A stretch of DNA of 38,687 nt from Pelomyxa schiedti. Taxonomy: Eukaryota > Protista > Evosea. A program made the translations under genes and the position numbers. Position 1 is the stretch's first letter; the number at the start of each line of letters is the position of its first letter. This document shows, one piece after another, positions 10,726 to 21,509 of the stretch. The notes under the pieces are model-generated. The model was given only the letters and a program-made list of their open reading frames with translations, searched no databases and was not told the DNA's origin. Location: assembly GCA_020536535.1 (NCBI GenBank), contig JAHLWZ010000095.1, positions 1 to 38,687 of the forward strand, given 5' to 3'.

Positions 10726-12961
10726 TCAGGAATTATTGGTGTTGGTTGTTGAGGTTGTAGTTGTGGTCGTTGTGGTTGATGGTGTGGTGGGTGTTGGTGT
10801 TGGTACTGTTGTGTGTGGCTTCCTGACACAGAAAGTGGCGATGTACTCATGGAAGTCCTTGGCAATTTCAGCAGGGTCCAGGCCGTACATATCCAGGCTG
10901 TAGGTTCTCCTCCCGTGCTTTCCTTGGGGATTATCAGCCTGCCATTTGGCCATCTTGTCTGAAAGCCCTTCCCTGATGATGTATTAAAGACTGAGGAAAT
11001 GCCGGTATTAATTAAGAACGCGATTGTATAGTACTATCAGCGGTGAAAATTTAAGTTTAAGTAACACACTCGAAGTTTAGCCCGAAGTGGCCGTAGACAT
11101 TCTGGCAGGTTTCTATTGGATGCTCCATCAAATCTGAGAGAAGGATGAGAATTTGAATGAACATTATATTTAAGTACCCAAATAATGAACGTTGTAGTAC
11201 AAGGCCGGATCGGCGTGGCGCTGGAAATCACAGATACGCTCTGCTGCAAGTTTCCACATGTTTTTGGCAATTCTTTTTTGGAGATTAAATGGGACAAACA
11301 ATCAGTCAGCTTCAGGGAATAACACCTCCCAAGAAGTCTCCGGTCCCATGCACCAGGATAGAAGCAATGGCCTGCCAAGCTCTCGATCAGAGCACACCAT
11401 GATGGGATTGTCTCTTTTGGGTGCCTGAAGTGGGCGAGATAACAGTATCAAAAAAATATTGCATTGGTTGGGGGAAACCTATGTGTGAAGACAATTCTGC
11501 CACTGGGGAACCCAGCGGCCAATGAATCGAGCCACAGTGGGTGAGCGGGGCATTTCAATACCCAGTGTGATTGTGGGGGAAATCCCTGTATGAGTTGCAC
11601 TTAATGGGTAGTGATGAACAGATAACTAAATACGGATTCCAGCATTTGGAAGAATGTCCTCAAAAACTGGTAGCTGTGCAGTTTGTTGGAGTCGACGAAA
11701 TCTTCAAGGGCTTCGTCTGTTGTGTGTTTATACAACCCCATCACTCCTTAAAGGCTACCATTTGTCAGATAAATGTGTGTAAGCCACTGCCCTGTTAAAC
11801 TCATGATGTATGTGTCCTCATCTGTGATTGAAGTTGGTCGAGAATAATTTGGGAACAAAGAAACCTTGCACAAGTGAACCCATGTGATGCGATTCGTGAA
11901 TTCTTGAACTGTTTTGCTGTGTGGTGAGATTTGGTTAATTTTGTGTGAACAAACTTTCTCCCTGGATAAAGCATCTCTGCTTGTGCCATTGCTTTTTCCA
12001 CCTTTTGGTCAATTAGAAAGGGCTAACTAATCTTGGGAGCAGTAAATCTTTACAAGTTGTATCCTGGGGTCTGTTCGAAGCGCCTCAGGAGATTTGGCAG
12101 GGGGAACCATTGGGGCACCAAAGAACATTTCGTAGGTAAAAGCTCCCCGTGACTTGGGATCGCAGAGAAGAATGCTGCGAGAAAGAGTAAGACTGTAAGG
12201 TCGCAAGTCACTCTTCATATTACTTCTGCAAAAGAGTTGTTCCCGTTCTGGGAAATCCTGCTATGATTATAGCTGGCTTCAAGGGAGTCGTTCCAATCTC
12301 TGGGTGCGCAGTGTAATACCGAGTCAACTGTGTTTGGTTGGAATTCATTCAGTTTCCACTTATACATACAGAAAGGGCGGAATCAACAAATGCATTCATG
12401 GTTGAATTAAGCATGAGCCGAGAACTCTGTGTGAAAAGTAAGGTTTGATGACTCTACTTGTGGAAACAAAATACTGGAGGAATTCGGTTCTGGTCTATCT
12501 CTTTCCAAAACAAGCAATAGGAGCGATAACAAGGGCTCAAATCACCAGCAACTCCCTTGTATAAGGACAATTGCTTTGCTTTCTGTGCACAAACCACATT
12601 AAACTCAATGAAACCCTAAGAGGGGAAAAAGAAGCGTACTGCCAATATTCCAGGAATATCAATGTAGAAAGGTGAGAATCTTCCGAGGGACCATCCTATC
12701 CAATCAATTCCCCAAGCTGCCCATGACTGTGTCACCCTCTCATGTGGCAGGTGAACATTGAATACTCGTGGTGTTGATTCCACCGCAGAACTACTCGCTA
12801 TAAAAAACATTTACCAATACAAAGGTAACGAAAGAGTGGTAATTACCAGCAGAAGTAATAACGGCAGTTGTGGCCGCGGCATTGTTTTGCTTGTTGCTGT
12901 CGGCATCACCATTATGGGAGGTGCTTGCAGTTGCAGTTGAGGGAGGTGGCGTCGAAGTCAT
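10726..12961 (-). CDS. PAPS-dependent sulfotransferase (Sulfotransfer_3-like), copy 1
   Basis: Spliced motifs PAIIIAGFPRTGTTLLQ (5'-PSB loop), LLCDPKSRGAFTYEMFF, HWVLKCPAHPLWLDSL..RIVFTHRHP, NPQGKHGRRTYSLDMYGL; Thr-rich tail. Confidence 0.88.
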
Positions 12962-13118
12962 CACTACAAACTCAATTCGCTTTTATCTCTAGGTGTGGGG
13001 TACTTGTTGGGGTTGTGTGTCTCTTGGATTTTTAAGTGTCACAAAGAAAAAAAAAGAATCACAGATTTCAACTAATAGATCAAAAATGCCTATGTGTGAT
13101 ACTGTAGGCCTCAATCTC

Positions 13119-15419
13119 TCATTCCTTGTTCGAACTTTCAGTAGTAGAAGTACACGTAGTGGTTGATGATGAGGGTTGTTGGGGTGTCGCCGGAGGGCAG
13201 AACTTTTCGATGTATTCACTGAAGTCATCACAGATCTCCTTGTGAGAGAGACCGTACATTTCCAGAGAGTATCCACGCCGTCCGTGTTTGCCTTGTGGGT
13301 TTGCTTGTTTCCAATCTTTCATCCTTTGTGCCAGTTCCTCGCTGTTGTGGGGTGTTAGTATTCTGTTGGTTTTTGTCTATTGTATTATGGGTTCGAAATG
13401 CCCCGATTGAGAGACATTATCGCTATAGCAAATGAAAATGAAATGTTGAATCTATTTACATTTAATTATTACACAGGGCTGGACTTCATACTCAAATGTA
13501 AGGCCAAAGTGTTGGTAGATGGCTCTACAGCATTCTATTGGTCGTTTCATCAGGTCTGTAATGTGTGATTATTGTGTAGAAACATGGAGTATAGAAAAAT
13601 TCGAACCCAGGTAGTCGACATTAAAATACAGAGAAGGGTCCACATTGCGTTGAAACTCACAAATGCGGGCCGCAGCAAGCTTCCAAACGTTCTTGGTTAC
13701 CCTGGAATGATTAGAGGCCATTAAACGGAGTCAAATTACCTTCCCAAGTGGCGCCGGTCCCATGCTCCAGGGTAGAAGCAATGGCCTCCCATGCTCTCAA
13801 TGAGTGCACATAGTGAGGGTACAGTTTCTACTGGGTGCCTATTCACTTATATGTCAGGTGACAGAGTAAAAAGACGCGTACCGGTGAGTGAATACAATTC
13901 TGCCGCTTGGGAAACCATTGGCTAGAGATTCAAGCCAAAGTGGATGCGAGGGAGATTTCAGAATCCAGTGCGATGCTGGAGCAAACCCCTATTGGAGTTG
14001 GTAAGTCCCCGATCCTTCCTTATGCCTTTATCGTACCGTCTCTAGCATTTGGAAGAAAGTCCTCAAGAAGTTGTATGTGTGCAATTTATTTGGGTCTGCA
14101 AAGTCGTTGATGGAAGCCTCTAAAAAAAAGAGTTAACAAATTGTGGAAAAATATGCACTCACCATCTCCAATGCTATAGTGGGTTAACCAATTGCCAGTT
14201 AAACTCATAATGAATGTGTCTTCATCTTGAACAGTCGTACCCATGGGATGGGATTCAGATATCCGGGCACTAAAAGGTATTAGAGGAAATCCTTTGCCTT
14301 GTTCAAATGCGGAGGCTTACCTCCTTCCAGGATACAATAATTCTGCCTGAGCTAATGCTTTGTCCACCTTGTATTTGAATTGTTAGCCGTTGAAAATCCG
14401 ATTTACATACAATCGCGATTCTTGGGTCAGTCTTGAGTGCTTCCGGGGACTTTGCAGGAGGGACCATGGGGGCACCAAAGAACATTTCATATGTATATGC
14501 CCCTCGTGACTTGGGGTCACACAGAAGGAAGCTGGGATTTTGGTAAAAAAAAAGATAAATATAAAGAGACATGGACTCACTTTTGCAACAAGGTTGTTCC
14601 GGTTCGAGGGAATCCAGCGACTATAATGGCCGGTTTCAGGGGCACTGTGCCGATCTCTGGGTGTGCGGTATAATATCGAGTCAGCTGAGGTATTCAAGTC
14701 AACAACAGAAAGGTTTGTAAGGTACAAACGGATAAAGCAGAATCCACAAAGGAATTAAGTGTTCCGTTGAGCATAATCCTAGAGCTCTGATAGATTAAGA
14801 ACAATAAAATGACCGGCTGAAAGATATTACACACTGGTGGAATTTTGTTCTGGTCCAGACCATTCAAAAATAAGGAATAAGACTTGTAACAAGGGCTCAG
14901 GTCACCAGCTACTCCATTGTACTTGGATAGTTCCTTTGCTTTCTAACTATTATTTAAGTCCCAACATTGAATGAATAATACAGAGGGACGCAGTACCGCC
15001 AATATTCCAGGAATGTCAATATAGAAAGGTGAGAATCTTCCGAGGGACCATCCTATCCAGTCAATTCCCCACCCAACCCACGACTGTGTAGCCCTCTCAT
15101 GTGGCAGGTGAACATTGAATTCCCGCCCTTCTGAACCTACTCCATAACGTTAACCATATTCACGCGCATTTAACTTATGTAATATGATTATATGACATAT
15201 AACATGTAATACGAATAGAACGACGAATTTTGTACACGCACTTGCTTTCGTTGTTGTTGTTGTCACCACGCTCACACTAGCCGACGACGAGGACGACGCG
15301 GACGTCATGGTAGGTGTGGCCTCACCAGCAGCAGTGGACTTGTGGGATTTGTCATCGTCACCCTGCGGGTTAGTTTCCCGGTCGCTGGCGTGCTGAGGGG
15401 GTGCTGATGATGATGCCAT
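13119..15419 (-). CDS. PAPS-dependent sulfotransferase, copy 2
   Basis: IIVAGFPRTGTTLLQ, HWILKSPSHPLWLESL..RIVFTHR, NPQGKHGRRGYSLEMYGL. Exon pattern matches copy 1; S/T-rich N-terminus from ATG 15419. Confidence 0.88.
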
Positions 15420-15598
15420 TGTTTGTTGTTCGTCCTCTGAAGTGGGGGGTAGGTACAACCTCAAGTTTGTCTGTTTGTTTCAAAACAAACGGCTTTTTCC
15501 GGTTGAAGAGGTGACGTAAAACTGCTGTGAAAATTCGTGAGATCGAACTAAACGACCTTCTTTTCTTGGCCATTTGAACTTCTCATTTGTGACACGAA

Positions 15599-17679
15599 TC
15601 AGTGATCGCGACACGCTGTTGTGGGTGGTGAAGTGTTACTTTTAGTGGCACTTGTTGTTGCCGTCGTGCACGTGGTCGCTGGTGGTGATGATGGGGTGCC
15701 GTGGCGGCTGCAGAATGTGTGGATGTATTCACTGAAGTCATCGCAGACCTCCTTGTGCGTGAGGCCGAACATTTCAAGGGAGTAGCATCGCCGGCCGTGC
15801 TGGCCTTGTGGGTTGACTTGTTGCCACTCTTTCATCCTTTGTGCCAGTTCCTCGCTTTTTTGAAGGTTAGTTTGGGCATAGAAGTTGTTGCATAACGCAC
15901 TCAAATTCAAGGCCAAAGTGGTTGTATAAACTGCGGCATGCTTCACTTGGATGTTGCACCAAATCTTTCATAAGACGTTCGTTACACAGGACAAGGTATA
16001 ATTGGAAACGCACCGTCATACTGTAAATTATAGTACAAGGAAGGATCCGTTCTGCGTTGGAACTCACAGATACGTGATGCCGCCTGTTTCCAGACGTTCT
16101 TTGTTATCCTGGAAATGTGGTTGGCGAAAAGCCCAAGGATACCATTCCATATCAATTACCTTCCCAAGATCCGCCTGTCCCATGCTCCAGGATAAAAACA
16201 GTGACCGCCCATGCTTTCAAAAAGAGCACATAATGATGGAATTGTTTCAGTTGGATGCCTGCTTTTTGGTCAGTTACCATCAGGTGATTAGCAAGGACCT
16301 GTGAGTGAATACAATCTTTCCATCTGGGAAACACGGCGCAAGTGAATCTAGCCACAGAGAGTGTGCTGGGCACTTCATAACCCAGTGGGATGTTGGTGCA
16401 AAACCCTGTTGAAATAGAATAAGACAAGACCATTAGGGGCCTTCTCGCACCGTTTCGAGCATTTGGAAGAAGGTTCTCAAGAACTGATATGCGTGCAACT
16501 TGTTTGGATCAACGAAATCATTAATTGATTCCTCTTTAAAGCTGTAAGGCTTTCTGGAACTCGACAAAGCATACCACAGCCTGTACTGAAAAGAGTGAGC
16601 CATTGCCCTGTCAAGGTCATAATGAATGTCTCTTCATCCCGGGTAGTTGGTCCCATTTTGTGGGATTCCGAGATACGCAACCTGATTTTTATAAGCTATT
16701 ACTCTTTATAAAAGGTAAGATTTTACCTTCTTCCGGGAAAGATGGATTCAGGTTTTAACATTTCTCTTGACATCTGCATGCCGTTGAGTATGTGTTTACA
16801 TAGGGTAATCTTACAATGTCAATTCTTGGATCATTCTTGAGTTCATCAGGGGATTTTGCTGGCGGGACCATTGGTACCCCGAAGCACATTTCAAATGTGT
16901 ACGCTCCCCGCGATTTAGTGTCGCACAAAAGGAGGCTATGCTGGAGTTAGTGCGACACTAGTCATGTTAAATTCTCACTTCTGCAGCAAAGTTGTTCCAG
17001 TGCGGGGAAATCCAGCGATTATGATGGACGGTTTCATGGGTACTGTGCCAACCTCTGGGTGTGCAGTGTAATATCGAGTCAGCTGAGGAAAGTAAGGAAC
17101 AATTAATACAATGAATTACAAACTGATAAAGCTGAGTCCACAAATGTATTGAAATTTCCATTGAGCATGGCTCTGGCAGTCTGAAGCTAGTGAAAAATTG
17201 AAAAAGGTAGGTGCATAGACATACTGCCGGCATCCGGTTCTGGTCAATGCCTCTGAGGAACAAAGAATACGATTTGAAACAAGGACTTAGATCTCCAGCG
17301 ACCCCTTTATACCGCGAAAGTTCCTTTGCTTTCTGCAATAAATAAATGTTAATAATGCTCGCAGGGAATCAAAAAAATACACATGTATTCGACACACCGC
17401 GAGGATTCCATCGACGTCAATATAAAAAGGCGAGAATCTACCCAGTGACCAGCCTAGCCAATCAACGCCCCACCCAACCCACGACACCGCGGGCCTCTCG
17501 TGTGGCAAGTACGGCCCCCCACCGGCCTCATTCCCCCCGAATATTTGCACCGTACTGCCATGCTGTATCACGCGTGTGTCCGCGACCCCGCATCCCGTCG
17601 CTTTATGCACAGCCGAAACTTCAATCTCTGCCCCATCGCCGTTGTCATTGTCACCTTCGCTTTGTGCTCCTTGTCGCAT
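15599..17679 (-). CDS. PAPS-dependent sulfotransferase, copy 3
   Basis: IIIAGFPRTGTTLLQ, HWVMKCPAHSLWLDSLAPCFPDGKIVFTHR, NPQGQHGRRCYSLEMFGL. Start approximate. Confidence 0.85.
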
Positions 17680-17849
17680 TTCCGGGGAAAACAGTCGCTG
17701 TCTTGGTGCCGCAGCACGAACGTATAACGTGATTGTTTGTTATTGTGTTGTTTTACATTTGCCGGTTTCCTGTGTTTTTCCTAACAGAACTGCAGCCGGG
17801 TTTTGATGTAACACTACGTTTGGCGAAACGATAAGATCAACCGGGGATC

Positions 17850-19352
17850 TCACTCTGATTCGTCAGAGTATGAGGATCCATACGACGAGGATTCAGAGTC
17901 AGAAGAGTCGCCAGTGTACATGTTATAAGTAGCCCTGATCAAGCTTTGTGCCTCCTCAAGAACTTGGTTGTTATTGATGTTGATGGGTGGTGGCAATGGA
18001 CCGTCAGTGACTGCAGCACTCTGGCAGATGTCTGAATGCATTTGTGTGTCAGTGCCATTATCAATATTACAGTCAATGCATTTTATCTCTGACGGAGGAT
18101 CCTGTGCTTGTATTTCTCGTTGGGGTTTGTCACTGGCGATTTCCAGTTCTTGGTGTTGCTGCGGTTGTGTATCCTGTACTAGCATAGGTGATACAGAAAC
18201 TATCAAAGGTGGTGGTGTTGTGGCTGTACTAATTTGATTCTGTTGTTGTTGATTATGCTGAGGGTAGTCTGGGCCTGTTGTCGATTCAGGAGAGTGACAA
18301 GACAGAGGCAACGACATCTGCTGATTCGCAACAGTGTTGGTTCCTGGGCTCATCCTTAGCGTAGTAGTAGATGATGACCCACCGTGGCCCAGGGCCTCGC
18401 GCAGCGCCGAGAGCTCCGCGATGGACCGCGAGTGTAGGCCGTGCATGGCCCTGGCGTACTCGACCGCCGCGTCCCTGCCGCGCCTCTCGAGCTCCGCCAC
18501 CCTCCCCAGCAGCTCGTCCCTCTCCCTCGCGCACTCCCTCAGCTTCTCCTCCATCCTGCTCATCTCCTCCCTCATCTTCCCAGCCGCGTCCCCCTCGCCG
18601 CCCCCGTTCCCCTGCCGTTTCACCACGCTGGCCGCTGGCCCAGCCACCAGCGCACCCGGCTGCTGTGCTTGTGCCCGAGACTGCGACTCGCACAGCGACG
18701 CCGCCGCCGCCAGGGCCCTGAGCCTCGCCACCTCCCGCGCCACGGCGTCCCTGCGGGCCCCCGCGTCGCGCAGCCTCTGCCTGAGGTCGCACCGCGCCCG
18801 CCTGTCGGCCACGAGCCTGGCCAGCGCGGCGGTGGCGGCGGCCTCGGCGGCCAGGAGCCTGGTGGCTTCGTCCTGGTCCCTGGCCAGCCTCGCCTTGGCC
18901 TGGAACACCTTGGTCTTCCTCTCCAGGCACTGCTGCTGCGTGTCCTCGATCTTCTTCCTGAGGTGCGAGAGCTCCACCTCGAGCACGAACTTCCTCTGGG
19001 CGAGCTGCACGACCTCGTCGCTGCTCGATGACGTCACCCGTGGCGTAAGAATCGGTTGCTGCTGCTGTTGAACTTGTTGGATCTGCTGTTGTTGATCATC
19101 GGGGGGTAGTGATGATGACAGTGAAGGGGGTGATAGTGGTTGTGACACCATTTGTTGTTGTTGTTGTTGCTGCCTCTGCATTGGGGCACTGGGGGAACGG
19201 AGTTGGACAAGGAGGGGTTGTGGTTGCTGTTGATGAGGGGAGGGTGAGAGTGGTTGTTGGTCATTGGTGTTGTTGGTGCTTGTTATTTTTTCTATTGGTA
19301 GACGTAATAGCAAGGGACGCGACTTCGTATTCGTCGCCGCGCCTCCTCTCAT
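17850..19352 (-). CDS. Q-rich coiled-coil hypothetical protein; possibly the 3' part of the 19548-20781 gene
   Basis: 500-codon ORF with heptad-rich segments (ELSHLRKKIEDTQQQCLERK; MEEKLRECARERDELLGRVAELE) and an acidic Ser-rich end. Confidence 0.75.
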   Translation of the reverse strand: MRGGAATNTKSRPLLLRLPIEKITSTNNTNDQQPLSPSPHQQQPQPLLVQLRSPSAPMQRQQQQQQQMVSQPLSPPSLSSSLPPDDQQQQIQQVQQQQQPILTPRVTSSSSDEVVQLAQRKFVLEVELSHLRKKIEDTQQQCLERKTKVFQAKARLARDQDEATRLLAAEAAATAALARLVADRRARCDLRQRLRDAGARRDAVAREVARLRALAAAASLCESQSRAQAQQPGALVAGPAASVVKRQGNGGGEGDAAGKMREEMSRMEEKLRECARERDELLGRVAELERRGRDAAVEYARAMHGLHSRSIAELSALREALGHGGSSSTTTLRMSPGTNTVANQQMSLPLSCHSPESTTGPDYPQHNQQQQNQISTATTPPPLIVSVSPMLVQDTQPQQHQELEIASDKPQREIQAQDPPSEIKCIDCNIDNGTDTQMHSDICQSAAVTDGPLPPPININNNQVLEEAQSLIRATYNMYTGDSSDSESSSYGSSYSDESE

Positions 19353-19547
19353 TTACAATTAATAAATTTTCACGTAGTTATCAGAAAAGTGATGAAGTTC
19401 TTGAATGGGTGAGTGAATGTATGTGTATGCAAAGGGATGGGTGTTAAGGGTATACATTACAAAATTACGGTTGTTGAAAAGCCGCCGGTATTACCTGAAA
19501 TTCGATTAGTTGAGGAACGGTTTTGGCTTACAACTAACCTGTTTTTC

Positions 19548-20781
19548 TCATGATGATAGTTTCGAGAGTGGAGGTTGATTTTGTTGCTGTTGGAGTTGAT
19601 GGAGGAGTTGGTCCCTTTCCCGGGTGAGGGCTTCCGTTTCGCTTTGAATTCCAGCAAGCTGTGACTGCGGGTCAGTTTCGTTCTCAGAGATATCTTCATT
19701 CTCTGAATCGCTGGACTCGTATTGTTGCAGTGTATTTGTGAGTTCTTCCTTCCGGAGAAGTTCAGCCGCTAATAGCCGTTGGGTTTCCTCAAGCTTTTGT
19801 TGCATTACAGTCAGTTGCTGAACACTTGGCTCCAGGTCATCCAGAACGGCTTGCACATCTTGGAGTTCCATACTCATAGAAAGTTTTTCCCGTTCCAACT
19901 GCATTATCTTTTTTGACAAGATGAAAGCATCCCCATCCTCAGATCTCATTTGATGCCTCGCCTCAGCCTGTGCCATTGCCAACTTTGCTTCAGCAAGCTC
20001 CCGTTCGTATTTCTTTGCCGTAGATTGATACCTTTTACATTTAAGTCACCAAACTGATAAAAACAACGTTATGAAATAAATTAATTTGGAATTCAAAACT
20101 CCCACAAGTGCCCACACACAAAACCTCAAACAAAGAAAAAAAAGGGAAGAAAAAAAAAGAAAGAAAGAAAAATCCCCACCCCATCCACAAAAGGAAACAC
20201 ACACAAACCACACCCACAATTGGGAGTCACCTCATTCTCTTGGTGACCTCCTCCACCAGCTTCGCCTCTGCGTCGGCCAGCCGCTCCTCCAGCGTCTTGC
20301 GGTCGCTGCCCTGCGCCCGCCGCACCGCCCGCCGCCGCTCCACCTCCTTCTCGTACGCCGCCTTGGCCCGCCCCGCCTCCTCGCGCAGCCGCTCGCTCTC
20401 GGCCGAGCACCGCCGCAGCTGGTCCTCGGCCGCGGCCGCGCGGCGCTGCAGGTCCGCGGCCACGCGGTCGGCCTCGCGGGCCAGCGCGTCGGCCTGCTGC
20501 TGCCAGTCCGCGTCGAGCTTGTCGCTGTACTGCTGCCAGTCCGTGCAGCACGGGCACCGCAGGGCGTCGTGGCCGCGGCCCGGCGACGGCGTGGGCTGCT
20601 GCTGCTGCCCGGGGACGTCGCCGTGCGCCGCGCCGAGGGCGAGAGCGCAGAGACCGGCGCTGGCGTTGGCGCTGGAGCGGTAGTGGTGCCCACCACCGCC
20701 GCCGGTGGAGACGGTCGGGGTCAGAATTGTGGGCTTGGCGGCACAGGTTGCGGTGTTGTTTGGTGGGGTTCGTAGGGACAT
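19548..20781 (-). CDS. Two-exon coiled-coil hypothetical protein
   Basis: ORF 20227-20781 splices (GTGAC.. donor ~20230, AG ~20032) into YQSTAKKYERELAEAKLAMAQAE..; coiled-coil throughout. Confidence 0.7.
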
Positions 20782-21509
20782 GGTTTATGAGAAGCAATCA
20801 ACAGAATAAAACCGAGGTGCTGCGGCTACGGACTTGTGTCTGCTCTCCAGAGACGTGACCATGGTGATGGGGGAGCGACTCCCTCTGCCTGGGGGCACGA
20901 GGTATCCCCTTTTCAAAGTAAAGTTGTTGGGCTGTCTCGTTCAGTGCTGTTTTCACCCAAATGGGAAATGTCTCCCGGGAGCGTTTTGGGGAGAGTTCCC
21001 AGAAGGGAGAGCTTGGGAGTGATTTGGGAGTGATGAGGCCTCAATCAACTTACTTAAAAAAGTTGGGAAATTACAGCACTGAGTCTCGTTGGCACCACAT
21101 ACATAAAAAATGTATACTCTCTCCACTCCTATGACAGTAAGGACAAATACCCTTGTAAGGAACCTTAGTGGTTCGTGTGGTTTCGGCATCAGGGAACGAC
21201 CTGGGAAATCAGTGAGGATCTGAGTTCCATCTGCAGACATCCCTGCACCTCTCTGCATTCTCGGATGTTGATATGACTTTTTTGATTTCCGGCCTCTAAA
21301 AGCCAGAAGACATGTGGCGTTGATCCTGCGGAAATGATGAGATTTTCCGTGTTTGGAGCTTTCTTTTTGTCTGCTTCGCGCAGACAACCAAGAAAACCCA
21401 CACAACCGCAAAAAACAAAACAAACAGGCCACCAACACTGGTTGCTCCTACAGCAACACCCACAATTGTGGTTTGGAGAGGAGAGAGCACATCAGTTGTT
21501 TTGTGTTGT

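Noticed and set aside
19548-19550. Selenocysteine or a reassigned TGA code
   Set aside because: The context is not redox-related, no SECIS was recognised, and TGA terminates other genes here (7081, 34388).
18286-20797. Long overlapping ORFs in alternative frames and strands
   Set aside because: These are shadows of very GC-rich coding sequence lacking stop codons.
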